Shown here one piece after another: positions 37,766 to 50,935 of a stretch of 64,000 nucleotides of DNA. The stretch is from Chiloscyllium plagiosum. Taxonomy: Eukaryota. Both the position numbers and the translations under genes were made by a program. The notes under the pieces were generated by a model. The model was not told where the DNA came from and searched no databases. It saw only the letters and a program-made list of their open reading frames with translations. Location: contig NC_057740.1 of the NCBI RefSeq assembly GCF_004010195.1, positions 33,850,793 to 33,914,792 of the forward strand, in the 5' to 3' direction. The number at the start of each line of letters is the position of its first letter. Within the stretch, counting starts at the first letter, position 1.

Positions 37766-39753
37766 TTTCTATCTCTGATCTACTGCACTGAGGAACATTG
37801 GACAGTATTCACATCTTTTTTAATGAATAAAAATAGATACTTGGTGATCAATTTGTTATATTCATCATAAAACCATGCAATGACATCTAATGAAGAATAC
37901 AGCATTAAAAGACTTGGCACCAACCACAAAATCATATATCCGCCTTAATAATATACATTAGAGCCAAGTTAACGTGTGGCATTTTAATTGGCTTTACCAG
38001 AATGTGAAAAACAAAATAGGAATTAAATAGCCTGAAACTTTAACTAAGGAGTATTTTGTTCCCAACTATGTACACATGTACATATATACATTGGCAGCAG
38101 GACGAGTTCCCAGTTACTTTCTTAGTTAATGTTTAACATGCTGTGAAAATGCAAGCATGTGGTACTCTGCAATATATATCTTAAAAGACTTCTTACCATA
38201 CATTTTGGATGTCTTGCAGGAAGTTGTAAACTCTGTAATCTGTACATCCATAGTGTGAAATCCGTTCTAATTAGTAGAAATCCTATTTTCTTTCTCTTTG
38301 TGCCTGTTGCAAGTGTAGGGTTGGTTAAGCTGTTTGAAGAAGCCAGAATCTCTCTCCATCTCTGACTGAAGGAGTTTGCAATATATCATTTACAGTAACT
38401 TATCTACAATTCTTTGAGGAGATCACATATCTCTTTCTCCAAATGGTCCCAACTGTCATGACTAATTGAACAAGAGAGTGTAAAGCAGAGATTAAACCCA
38501 GTAAAGATCCAGTCATTGACCGTGGGTACTTTAGCAATTGAGCCATTTCAGCTATGTGTTCAGTTGTCTAACACTGACACAATAAATCCTCCCAGTCAGA
38601 TCCCCCAATGAGATCATCAGCTGTCACTGTTTAAACAAATGGAATCCCAAAATAAACAGAAGTAGAAAGCTAAAACAGAAACCTAAGAGGAAATCAAAAT
38701 CATTCTGACTGCTTTCACAGAATTATGTGGGGAAAATCCTGCTGCAGTGTTTGGACTATTTTGTGTAACATTAGGGATGAACTTTTAAATCCAAATATGC
38801 AGCAGCACAAAAAGACTCATTAACATATTCAAAAAAGTTTTTCTTTCTACCAGCATTTTCTCCTGAAGAATTCATGCCAATGGAGTAAGATTCTATAGAT
38901 GCTGGTCAGCTTCTGTCTCTTTGCTCATATCCAAGACAGAACAAATGATTCAAGTTCTCGGTGAGTTCATCTGGTATGCTATCATACCTCCATGTTATCA
39001 AAAATTATCTTCACGGCTTGAGCTGCAAGAGAAGGCTTACATGTTGATGTCCATAACTGAATCATGGAGATATGCAGGCCTTCTTAAAGGAACAATGACA
39101 TTTTACTAGTTAGGTCCAAAACAGAGACATTATCTGATAGAAACACAGGAACAGTAATAGGTCATTCAGCCCCTTGTGTCTGTTTCACCTTTTAAAGAGA
39201 TCACGGCCTAACTCCAGATACCTGCCTCTGGCCCATATCTCCTCATCATTTCTTTCTGAAAATAACAGTTTGAGGCACAGTAGTGATTAAGAAGACATAT
39301 GGGATACCTACCTTTATTAGCCAAGACATAAAACTTAAGAGCAGTGAGGTTATACTGGAATTGTATGCAGTTCTGGATTCCACATTTTAGATGCCGTGTG
39401 ATTGTGCTGGAGAGGGTGCAGAGGAGATTCACAGGGATTTTAACTAGGCTGGACAGTTTTAGTCATGAAGAGAGATTGGACAGACTTGGGGTGGTGGGGG
39501 GGAGCGGGGAGACATGATGGAGATATATAAAGTCATGAGGAGCCCAGATAGGGTAGTCAGGAAGAGACTTTTACCCTTGATGGGGGGATCAGTGAGCGGG
39601 ATCATAGGATTATGTAAGGTGCAAGATGTTCAGAGGAGATGTGAGGAAAAGTTTTTTCACCCACAGGGTGGTGGGGAATCTGGAATTCAAATCCTTAAAG
39701 TGTGGTAGAGGCAGAAACTCTCTCAATGTTTGAGAAGTATTTAGATGTGTACT

Positions 39754-42700
39754 TAGAGTTATAGAGTTACAGAGCTGTACAGCATGGAAACAGACTCTTT
39801 GTCTAATTCGTCCATGCTGACCAGATATACAAAATAAACCTAGTCCCATTTGCCAGCATTTAGCCTTTGTATTCATATACCCGTCCAGATGCCTTTTAAA
39901 TACTGTAATTGTACCAGCCTTCACCACTTCCTCTGACAGCTTATTCCATACATGCACCACCCTCTGTGTGAAAGATTTGTCCCTTTTAAATCTTTCTCTT
40001 CTCATCTTAAACATATGCCCTCTAGTTTTGGACTCCCCTACCCTTGGGAAAAGACCTTGATGATTCACCCTCTCCGTGCTCCTCATGATTTTATAAATCT
40101 CTATGAGGTCACCCCTCAGACTCCGAACCTCCAGAGAAAATAACCCCAGCCTATTCAGCATCTCTGTATAGCTCAAACACTCCAACTCTTGTAAATCTTT
40201 TCTGAACACTTTCAAGTTAAACAATATCCTTCCTACAGAAGGGAGACCAGAATTGCATGCAGTATTCCAAAAGTGGCCGAACCAATATCCTGTACAGCCA
40301 CAACATGACCTCCCAATTCCGAACGTCAATGTACTGACCAATAAAAGCCAGCATACCAAACACCTTCTTCACTATCCTGTCTACCTGGGACTCCACTTTC
40401 AAGGAACTATGAACCTGCACTCCAAGGTCTCTTTGTTCAGCAACACCTCCCAGGAACTTTCCATTAAGTGTCGAAGTCCTGCTCTGATTTGCCTTTCCAA
40501 AATGCAATAGCTCACATTTATCTCAATTAAACTCTGTCTGCCACTCCTTGGCCCATCGGCCCATCTGATCAAGATCTCATTGTACTCTGAGGTAATCTTC
40601 TTTGCTCTCCACTATACCTCCAATTTTGGTGTCATCTACAAACTTACAAACCATATCTCTATGTTCACATCCAAATCATTTATATCACTTATGAAAAGAA
40701 GTGGGCCCAGCATGATCCTTGTGGTACACTGCTGGTCAGAGGCCTCCAGTCTGCAAAGAAACCCTCTACCACCACCCTCGGTCTTCTACCTTTGAGCCAG
40801 TTCTGTATCCAAATGGCTATTTCTCTCCATATTCCATGTGATCTAGCCTTGCTAACCAGTCTATCACAACGACCCTTGTTGAACACCTGAAGTATGTAAA
40901 GATCACGTTCACCACTCTGCCCTCATCAATCCTCTCCATTACTTCTTCAAAAAACTCAAGTTAGTGAGACACCATTTCCCACTAACAAAACCATGTTGAC
41001 TATCCCTAATCAGTCTTTGCCCTTCTAAGTACATGTAAATCCTGTCCTTCAGGAGTTCCTCCAACAAATTGTCCACCACTGATGTCAGGCTCACTGGTCT
41101 ATAGTTCCCTGGCTTTTCCTTACCACCTTTCTTCAATCGTGGCACCAAGTTCGGCAACCTCCAGACTTCCAGCACCACACCTGTGATTATCAATGATGCA
41201 AATATCTTAGCAGGGGGCAATCAATCACTTCCCTAGCTTCCCACAAAGTTCTAGAGTATACCTGATGCGCTCCTGGAGATATATCCATCTTTATGTTTTA
41301 AGATGTCTAGCGCCTCCTTTTTTCTAATAAGGACATTTTTCAACATGTTGCTATTTATTTCCCCACATTCTCTATCTTCCACAGTCTTCTCCACAGTAAA
41401 CACTGATGCAAAATACTCATTTGGTATCTCCCTATCTCCTGTGGTTCCACACATCGGTGGAGTTGATAATCTTTGACGGGCCTTATTCTCTCCTGAGTTA
41501 TTCTTTTGTCATTAATGTATTTGATTAATCCCTTTGGATTCTCCTTAACCTTATTTGCCAAAGCTATCTCATGTCCCCTTTTTGCCCTCCTGACTTCTCT
41601 TTTAAGTATACTCCTACTGTCTTTATACTCTTCTCGGGAATCACTTGATTCCTGCTGTCTATACCTGACATATGCTTCCTTCTTATTCTTGATCAAAACC
41701 CCAATTTCTCTAGTCACCTAGCATTTCCCACACCTACCAGCCTTGCCCCTCATTCTTTCCATTTTCCAGCTGTCCCTTTATCTGCAAACCTTTTGGAACA
41801 GTGGGGCAGCACGGTGGCAGTGGGGCCGCATGGTGGTGCAGTGGTTAGCACTGCTGCCTCACAGCACCATGGACCTGGGCTCAATTCCAGCCTCAGGTGA
41901 CTGTCTGTGTGGAGTTTGCACATTCTGCCTGTGTCTGCATGGTTTTCCTCTGGTTGTTCGGGTTTCCTCCCACAGTCCAAACATGTGCAGGTTAGGTTAA
42001 TTGGTTAATAAATTGTCCACAGTGTTCAAGGATGTGCAGGTTAGGTACATTAGTCAGGGGTAAAAATAGAGTAGAGGGGGAATGGGTCTGGGTAGGTTAC
42101 TATTTGGAGGGCCGGTGTGGACGTGCTGGGCCGAATGGCCTGTTTCCTTACCATAGGGATTCTATGATACTGCCTCTGGACTCTAGTTATCTCATTTTTG
42201 AAAGCTTTCCATTTTCAGCTGTCCCTTTATCTGTGAACTTTTGAAAGTTTTTACCTAATATCAAAACTGGCCTTTCTCCAATTTAGACCTTTAACTTTTA
42301 GATCCAATCTATCCCTTTCCATCACTATTTTAAAACTAATAGAATTGGTCACTGGCACCAAAGTGCTCCCCCAAAGACACCACAGTCACCGACCCTGCCT
42401 AATTTCCCAAGAGTAGTTCAAGTTTTGCACCTTCTCTAGTAAGTACATTGACATACTGAACCAGAAAATTTTCTTATACACACTGAACAAATTCCTGTCC
42501 ATCCAAGCCCTTAACACTATGGCAGTTCAATCTATGTTTGCGAAGTTAAAATCCCTTACTATAACCACCCTATTATTCTTACAGATAACTGAGGTGTCCT
42601 TACAAATCTGTTTCTCAATTTCTGGCTGACTATTGGGGGGGTCTATAATGCAATCCCAAAAAGGTGATCATCCTTTTCTGATTTCTCAGTTCTACCCAAA

Positions 42701-44320
42701 TAACTTCCCTGGACATATTTCCAGCAATATCCTCCCTAAGTATAGCCTCAATGTTATCCTGAACCAAAAACACCACAACATGTCTTCTCGTTCCCCCTTT
42801 TCATCCTTCCTATAGCATTTACACCCTGGAACATTAAGCTGCTGGTCCTGTCCATCTCTGAGCCATGTTTCTTAATTGCTATGGTATCCAAGTTCCATGT
42901 TCCAAAACAATGCCCTGAGTTCATCTTCTGTACCTGATAGACCTCTTGCATTAAAATAAATCCAGTTTTATGTCTCAGTCCTATCTCATTCTCTGCTTTG
43001 TTCCTGCCTCAACTGACTGTTTGACTTAACTCCTTTTCCCATTGCACCAGTTTCAGACTGATCTCTTTTCTCACTGTATCCCAGCACGCCTCTCCTCCCT
43101 CACACCTAACTCCCCAATTAGTCTAAATCTTTACGAGCTCAGCAAATCACCCCTTCAGTATAATAGTCCTCTTCCAATTCAGGTGCATCCATCCTTTTTA
43201 TACATGTCATTTCTACCGCAGAAGAGATTCCAATGATCCAAAAATGTGAATCCTTCTTCCCTGCACCAGCTCCTCAGTCACACATTCATCTGCTCTATCC
43301 TTCTATTTCTACCCTCACCAGCTCACGGTACCAGGAGTCATCCAGATATTACTACCCTTGAAGGCCTACTTTTTAAATTCCTGCCTAACTTCCTACATTC
43401 TATCAGAATCTCATCCCTTTCTCTTCCTATGTTGTTAGTTTCAATGTGTACAAATGACCTCCTGCTGGTCCCTCTTTCAGATACCCTTGATCTTGGCACC
43501 AGGGAGGCCACACGCCATTCTGATGTCTCTTGTCGGCTGCAGAAACATCTGTTTGTGCCTCTGACTAGAGTCTTCTGTCACAATTGATTGCTCGGAACCT
43601 GACATACCCCTCATTACAGTAAAGCCAGAAACCTGGCTGTCAGTGCAACATTCCCCTGAGGGTGCATTACCTGCTACATTTTCCAAAACAGCATACTTGT
43701 TTGAGATGGGGATAGCCACAGGAACTCCTGCACTTTCTCCCTTCCACTCCTACCTTTCCTGGAGGTAACCCATCTAACTGACTCTATCTTCCTGCAATTG
43801 CCATCCATCACATACCTTAACTTCTGTAAATTCCTCATTTTCTCTAACTCCAACTGATTCATGTGATCCATTAGGATTTGCAACCAAACACACTTCCTGC
43901 AGACATAATCATCAGTAACATGGAAACTGTCCCTAATTTTCCACATCTGACAGGAAGAACACATCACTCCACTCAAGGCCATCTTGCACCTTAACAATCT
44001 ACAGATCTAGAGAATAGTGCAACCTTACTGGTCTATAAAACATTGCTGCAGTTTAACTTAGTACCTATGTTTTACATTTTTAAAGCTTAATCAAGAGACA
44101 GATCTCCATAAAACATATAATCAAAAAAGAATACACTCTCCTCACTATTGTAGATTTAGGGGAAAAACGCAGTAAAATTAAACTTTAAAACTAGCTATTT
44201 AGTTGCTCCCCCACACAGATTTCTCCAAGGTCAGCTGTGAATTTCACTGTTTGTTTAATTTTCTTAGAACAAACTCAGATGCCCAAAGATACTTGAAACC
44301 AAACAGCAGAGGCAGTCAGT
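39754..44320 (-). mobile_element. Near full-length decayed CR1 (HER1-like) LINE: ORF1 zinc finger+esterase, APE endonuclease, RT, 3' tail
   Basis: ORF1 'CSSCQMW..DDYVCRKC' (43674-43997) and 'IVTEDS..RDIRMACGLPGAKI'; ORF2 'PGNYRPVSLTSVV..QHGFV.GK.CLTNL', 'VPQGS', 'LVRPLLEYC', 'LRGDLIEIYKIM'; many stops and frameshifts. Confidence 0.92.
41803..42168 (+). mobile_element. HE1 V-SINE inserted in the CR1
   Basis: Doubled head GGGGCAGCACGGTGG/GGGGCCGCATGGTGG, V-domain, tail GGGATTCTATGAT. Confidence 0.9.
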
Positions 44321-44372
44321 TCTGAGGTCAAGGCATACAAGGGCCATGTGCTGGAAAATGGGATTAGTATAG

Positions 44373-44957
44373 TGTTACAAAGTTGAAAGCATGTATGGTC
44401 ACTTTAAGATAGAAAGTGCTTTTCTGAATTTAAAGTGCAGACACATTTGCCAGCAAAAGGTCAGGCTGTTCCAAAAGTAACAATTGGCTGATAAAGGATA
44501 CCTGAGCTTCTTTGTTGTTTCGATAACAAATCAAACTTTTCCAAATTGTTTAAATTATACCCAGGATACCAGGAGCCAATTGAAATTTATTATTTTGACA
44601 CCTGGAAACCAATCAAATTACAAGAGCTGAATGTGTCATGGATGGTACATAAACCCGGTATTTTGCAAATTAGAGGGAGAACAACTGCCATCGAAGAGCA
44701 AGTAACTGCTTTAAAGTCGGAGAGCTAACTGCCCATCTCACGTCCTGCAATCAAAGAAATTAGAGAACATTCTTAGGTTTATGAATAGTTTTTGTTTAGT
44801 GTTCACTATTAAAGTTAGGAAAATAAAGTGTTATTTTCTTTAAATAGTGGAATTTAGGAGTTCTCTGTCACTCATATTTTAACAGATAATGAGGCGAGGT
44901 GAGCTTTTCTGGATATTTGGTTTAATTAACAGAGGGGTTCTCCTCTGTGTCGTAACA
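44373..44957 (+). mobile_element. Solo LTR (Gmr1-like family relative)
   Basis: TGTTACA...GTAACA termini; flanks ATAG/ATAC; 3' end AGAGGGGTTC..TGTGTCGTAACA is the reverse complement of the 21815 LTR start. Confidence 0.8.
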
Positions 44958-47569
44958 ATACATGCGTTTTCCAGACTGGCACAGACTTGATGAGCTGAAG
45001 GGCCTTTATCTGTACTGTAGACCTCTATGACTCTATGACAGTATGAGTAAGTTGAAACATGACATGTTTTTCTGTAATTACTTTAATGTAATAAATAAAG
45101 GAACATAATCAGACAAAATTGATGCCTAACCAAAGAAGCCAGTAATAAGCTAAAAGTGTGGCCAGGGAGATAGATTTCAAGGCATATCATAAGATTGGGA
45201 GAGTGTGATGAAGACAACTGGAAATGGAATTCTAAAACGTGAGACCTAGATAGTTTAAGGCACTATTGGTGGTGGTGAAGATTAAGATGGGGAACGCTGG
45301 AGTTGGAGGAGCAAAATGTCTGCAGAGGATTTTAGGGCTGGAGGAGGTCACAGAAATAGACTGAAGTGAGGTCATGGAGATAGACTGGTGAGGTCACAAA
45401 GGTAGACTGAAGTGAGGTCATGGAGGGATTTGCAAAAGGGCACAAATGATAAAATCAAGGGTCGCAATTGTCCCCTCCCTGAAATTGCGACAATAATGGT
45501 GAGCATGCTGACTTAATTGGGTGAGAGTCTAAAAAAATCAGATTCTGATTATTGAATTAATCTGTTTTAAGTAACTTCTTCCTCCTTAGATGGTAAGATC
45601 AAATTCTCACCATCAGGTGCCAAGAAACATATCAGCATGTATTTGCATCTCATTAATCACGCAACTCACTTTGCTAATGTTTTCTTCCCAACTGACTTCT
45701 GCCCAATCTCGAAACTCCCTTCAAAAACATGCTGATGGAAACTGATTCAATTCTATTCTGTTGGATCGTCTGCCTGGACTCTGGATCAATTCACCACTGT
45801 GCCAGCCATCTTCCTTCTCTTCACTTTAGATGGAACCACTCCAGCTGCAGTTGGTCCCTCCTTGGTCTATGGTAAAGAGCAGCCAGTAACCTTTGGCTCA
45901 AGGTCGATCTTTAGGACAGAGTGAAAAGCAGCCAAGTTTCTGGCTCAGAGATAGAACTTCAGAACAGATGGAAAGGCAGGTATTCAGGCAAGTTGTCCTG
46001 CTAACTCAGTCCAGGGTGGGATAGCTGGGGAGGGGGTCTGCAGTCAGAGTGGAGAGGTTGATCTGAGCATTTTTCAGCTGTGATTCATTAAGTCTGTGAC
46101 ATACTCAAGTCTGGGTCACATTGTTTCTGGTTGCAGAGGGAATGGTAACAACTATTGGAGGCAATTGCAGACAGCAGAATGGGACCTGGTAATTTATCAT
46201 ATGAGCTTCTGTGGTCTTGAAGTGGCTGTTAAGGCAAGTAATGGTGAATTTGGCTTGGAAATTGGTGTGGGTGCTGGATCAGCAAGTACATTGGAACCTT
46301 AACAGTCATGTTTTGCAGCGGTGCCTTAAACTGCCTAGGTATAAAGGTCGGTCCATTTATGATAATGCAAAGGGGCTTAACTGAATCAGGGTTATCAGAG
46401 GCACAAGTATAGGAACATACTTATTAAGAGTGAGGGATAAATCATGGGTCACGGTAGAGCATGCAAGTCACACACATGAATGCAAATTTGTAACCTTGCC
46501 ATTTGGGTCAAAAATCAACTGCACAGTATGGGCTCAATGTGCAACAAACAGCATCCAAACTGGGTGGGGTTAACAACCATGTTTCCAAAGAAAGCAAAAT
46601 GTAGCTTTGGAATGTGGGCCTTCTAAGGGGCTATAGCAGTCATCATGACTCCAATGATTAAACAATGCTATTCATTTGTTTTCAATTCGCAGGTCATCTG
46701 AATGTCAACATTCGTCCGAGTATCCAATTCTGAAATACACTTATGAAAGAATAAATGTGAGTAAATTCTGGCAACTAATTGCCAAAAGTATCAACAACTC
46801 AATCTTCTCAGTTGTCCTTGCCACATAGGTCTGGACATTGTTCTTATCAACTTGTTCAGATTGTTATGACACACCTGTGAAGCAGGTGGGACTTGAATCT
46901 AGACCACTTAGACCACAGATAGGGACATTCACACTGTGCCACAACAGCCCCCACCACATAATTCCAATGACTGTAAACCAACATGTTACAGCTGCTCTAT
47001 CCTTACAAGCCACAAGAAGACTGGAAAAAAATGACTACTGAGATAGAATGGGGGGTCGGTGGTACTGACAGTTATTTCATATCAAAGGAATATGTATATA
47101 CATATATAATATATATACACACATTTTAAAAAAAAACTCATTTGTGACTGTAACTGCCAGATTTTTCAGATCTGTGCTAGATATCCAAGGAGCCACTGTG
47201 AATCGTATGCACTGTCCTTCTCCGGCCAGCTCAATGACTCTGTCCTCAAGAGTTCAGAAACTTCATATCCAGCTGGACTTTTAATGTGGTAGCAGAGCCT
47301 TTGAGCCCAGTAGGTCACACCAGTAACATACAATTTGCCAAGTAACTTGCGTAACATCTCGCTTACGTACACAAAGAGCTAAAAAAAAGTGTTCGGGTGA
47401 GATAAATTGCTCTAGCCATTGGTTGATATGACACCAACCAATCACACTTTTTCAATAATTTACATTCAAATAGGAAAATTTCATCTGAGTTGTTGGTGGA
47501 CCAGGAACCAGTGAAGGCCAGCAAGTGAAGAGCTTTTGACTGTATAGAACAGTCCAAATTAGGAATCCA

Positions 47570-48360
47570 AGTCAGAAAGTTGTAAGTTCAAGGCACACTC
47601 CAGGTACTTGTCTGTAGTAAAGATTGGCACTTTTGTATCACATTTACAAGGTGTGGACTGTCAAAGGTGCTGCCTTATTGCTAAGCCCATATATTTCCCA
47701 CTCACATCAACATAAAAGATCCTAAGTTACTAGCAAGTTTTGAGAAGATTTGTAGCTCAGGTTGAGGTTCTGAATGTAGGTTTGTTCGATGAGCTGGAAG
47801 GTTCATTTTCAGATGTTTCATCACCATACTAGGTAACATCATCGGTGAGCCTCCAGATAATTCCTAGAAGCATGGCATTCTAACAGGAACCCTATCAACA
47901 AACACATTGACTTGAATCCCATTTACCACCTCCTGAGAAAAAGAACAGGAAATGACATCACCAACCCAAGGAAACCTAAACGTACAAATAGAAAGCAGGC
48001 CATGCCACCATTGCTTCATCCGGACGTTCACCGATGATGTTACCTAGTATGGTGACGAAACATCTGAAAACGAACCTTCCAGCTCAGCGAGCAAACCTGC
48101 ATCCAGATCCTAAGGTAATTCCCAAAAAAGGTCAACAGAACTCTTCTTGGTGTTCTGGTTAACTTTTAACCTTGATCAATTGTACTAATACAGGTTAATT
48201 AGTCATTATTACATTGGTGGTCTTGTGGGATCGTGCTGTGCAGATTTTTGATTGCTCTGCTTTTTAAAATGAAAAAAAGACAGTGATCACACTTCAAAAG
48301 TACTTCACTGATTTTAAAGTGCTTTCCGATGTCCAGAGGTCTAGAAATGCAAATTGTTTT
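47570..48360 (+). mobile_element. DeuSINE/AmnSINE1-like SINE interrupted by a Penelope-like insertion
   Basis: TGTGGGATCGTGCTGTGC..CAGTGATCACACTTCAAAAGTACTTCACTG..AAAGTGCTTT..AAATGCAA. Confidence 0.55.
47727..48104 (+). mobile_element. Penelope-like 3' end (family D) with inverted pLTR, two hammerhead cores and GIY-YIG tail
   Basis: 'FLEAWHSNRNPINKHIDLNPIYHLLRKR' (~47861-47945); arms ~47770-47857 vs ~48018-48106 inverted; TSD AGATCCTAAG at 47717-26 and 48105-14. Confidence 0.85.
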
Positions 48361-49282
48361 CTTTGATAATTTTTCTGTAGAGAGGTGTTCACAGAGAATC
48401 TTGCAAAATTGCCATTCAGCTGTTGTTCAGAAAACAGAAACTGCAAAATAAGGCAAGAGAATGAATAATTAAAACTATGAAAAGATATCTGAATTGTTTG
48501 CAAGGATGAATTAATCTACTTAGTAAGTACATTTTAATTTATAGTAAATTAATTATGTCTGACACTACAGTGTAATTAGAATGAACTGAATGAGAGAAAT
48601 GTTGCATGAATTCCAGCTTCACACGAAGATTATTTGTGTTCAAGTACTTTTAAGTTAATTTATATTAAGTATATATTAAATTGGTCAATTTAATGAGTTG
48701 AAGCCCATCAGCATGGAAAGAAATTGATTAAATAGTAATGATGAATTGATTTATATCATTTCAGAATTGGAAAACTATTTATTTCTAACTATTAAAATTT
48801 AAGTGGTGTGTTTGAATTTTCTGTTACTTAATAAGAAATTAATGCACTAGGAATCAATTAGATTTATTACTGATGAATATGAAATGCTGCACATTGAATT
48901 TAGTAAAGCAAATTTATTGACATTTTGGTGTGAAAAACCTCAAAGGAAATATTTCATTTCAATATATGACCTTGCCCAAAGCATAATTTTACAGTAGGGT
49001 GACAATTTGAAGATGTTAATTCAGGATTTTTATGTAAACCTATAATTCTTTAGAATGATTTTAGACATGAATTGTGTTAAATTTATCATTGTTGTTTCAA
49101 AATAATAAATTTCCAAAAATGACACTAATTCAATAATATTAATTGAAATGTATCAAAATGTTCTTTCTCTGTCTGCCCTCCATCCATTAAAGCTCTTTCT
49201 TTCACCCTGCATCCTGAGTTAGCTCTATGAATTCTATTACCTTAACTTGACCTGGCATTTTCTTCTTCTTGTTGATGTTTAT

Positions 49283-50245
49283 AGTGTCACAGACTCCGAG
49301 AGATGTACAGCTGGAAACAGACCCTTCGGTCCAACTCATCCATGCTGACCAGATATCCTAGATAAATCTAGTCCCATTTGCCAGCATTTGGCCCATATCC
49401 CTCTAAACCCTCCTTATTCATATATCCATCCAGATACCTTTTAAATGTTGTTTTTGCACCCGCCTCCACCACTTCCTCTGGCAGCTCATTCTATACTCAC
49501 ACCACCCTCTGTGTGAAAAAGTTGTCCCTTAGGTCCATTTTAAATCTTTCCCTTCTTACCTTAAAACTATGCCCTCTAATGTTGGATTCCCCCACCCTAG
49601 GGAAAAAACCTTGTCTATTTACCCTATCCACGCCCTTCATGATTTTATAAACCTATAAGGTCACCCTCCAGCCTCCGACGCTCCAGGGAAAATAGCCCCA
49701 GCTTGTTCAGCCTCTCCCTATAGCTCAAACCCTTCAACCCTGGCAACATCCTTGTTACCCCTTTCTGAACCCTTTCAGGTTTCACAACATCCTTATGATA
49801 GTGTGGAAACAAGAGTTGCATGCAGTATTCCAAAAGAAGTGGCCTAACCAATGTCTTGTACAGCTGCAAAATGACCTCCCAACACTTATACTCAATGCAT
49901 TTGACGAATAAAGGCAAGCATACCAAATGCCTTCTTCACTATCCTGTCTACCTGTGACTGTACTTTCAAGAAACTATGAACCTGTGCTCCAAGGTCTCTT
50001 TGTTCAGCAACACTCTCCAGGACCTTACCATTAAGTGTATAACTCCTGCTCTGATTTGCCTTTCCAAAAAGCAGCACCTCACATTTATCTAAATTAAGCT
50101 CCATTTGCCACTCCTTGGCTCATTGGCCCATCTTAGCAAGAGTATGGTAACCTTTTTTGCTGTTCACTAAACTTACAAGTTTTATGTCCCATCTGCAAAT
50201 TTACTAACCATACCTCCTATGTTCACATCCAAATCATTTATATAA
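49283..50245 (-). mobile_element. CR1 3' ~1 kb
   Basis: 'NLDKCEVLLFGKAN..QRDLG..KKAFGMLAFI','YKTLVRP..EYC','LFSLERRRLEGDL'. Confidence 0.92.
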
Positions 50246-50610
50246 AAGCTAGTCTACTGTCTAGTTGTTTCTTCTCACCTGTGCTGGGTGCTAGACTTTG
50301 ACACCCCTCTTTAAATCTGGTAAATTATATGGAGATGGGGGAGAGGACGACCTATGGTATTATCACTGGACTGTCAATTCAGAGACCGATGTAATATTCT
50401 GGGGACCCATGTCAAAATCTTGTCATAGCAGATGGTGGAATTTGAATTCAATGAAAATCTGGAATTAATAGTCTAATGTGAACCAGATAAGTTCACATCA
50501 TGAATTTGTTCTCAATTGTCGGGAAAAACTTATCTGGTTCACTAACCTCCTTTAAACTGCCTTCCTTATCTGGTCTGGCATTCATGAAACTTCAGACGCA
50601 TAACAATGGA

Positions 50611-50935
50611 TCATATAATCCCTACAGTGCAGATAGAGGCCATTCAGCTCATGAAGTCTGCATCAACCCTCCGAAGATTATCCCACTTATCCCCGTAACA
50701 TTTAACATGGTTAACCCACCTAGCCTGCATATCCCTGAACACTACGAGCAGCAGCCAATCCACCGAACCTGCACATCTTTGGGCTTTGGGAGTAAACCAG
50801 TGCACCCAATGGAAATCAATACAGATGCAGGGAGAATGAGCAAATGCAACATAGACAGTCGCACAGGCTGGAATCAAACCTGGATCCCTGGCACTCGGAG
50901 GTGCCAATGCTAACCACTATACCATCATGCCAAGC
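50611..50935 (-). mobile_element. Diverged HE1 V-SINE nested in a tRNA-SINE
   Basis: ATCCCTACAGTGCAGA..CCTGCACATCTTTGG..GCTAACCACTATACCATCATGCC. Confidence 0.8.

Larger units (their letters stand above)
39260..45040 (+). mobile_element. Host CR1 3' end split by two later insertions (pieces 39260-39753, 44323-44372, 44958-45040)
   Basis: TTAGATGTGTACTT|GAGGTCAAGGCATACAAGGG..GGGATTAGTATAG|ATACATG..GAAGGGCC..CTATGACTCTATGA reassembles a CR1 terminus. Confidence 0.7.

Noticed and set aside
38854-38884. Possible micro-exon reading FSPEEFMPM, reminiscent of xanthine dehydrogenase/aldehyde oxidase
   Set aside because: Only 9 residues, the expected continuation (DPTQE.IFPPEL) is absent and no other exons of such a gene are visible
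39610-40359. 249-aa ORF as a host gene
   Set aside because: Frameshifted CR1 ORF2 C-terminus read through the tail
45355-45426. Short direct repeats AGACTGAAGTGAGGTCATGGAG
   Set aside because: Local slippage duplication in decayed repeat sequence; only 2-3 imperfect copies
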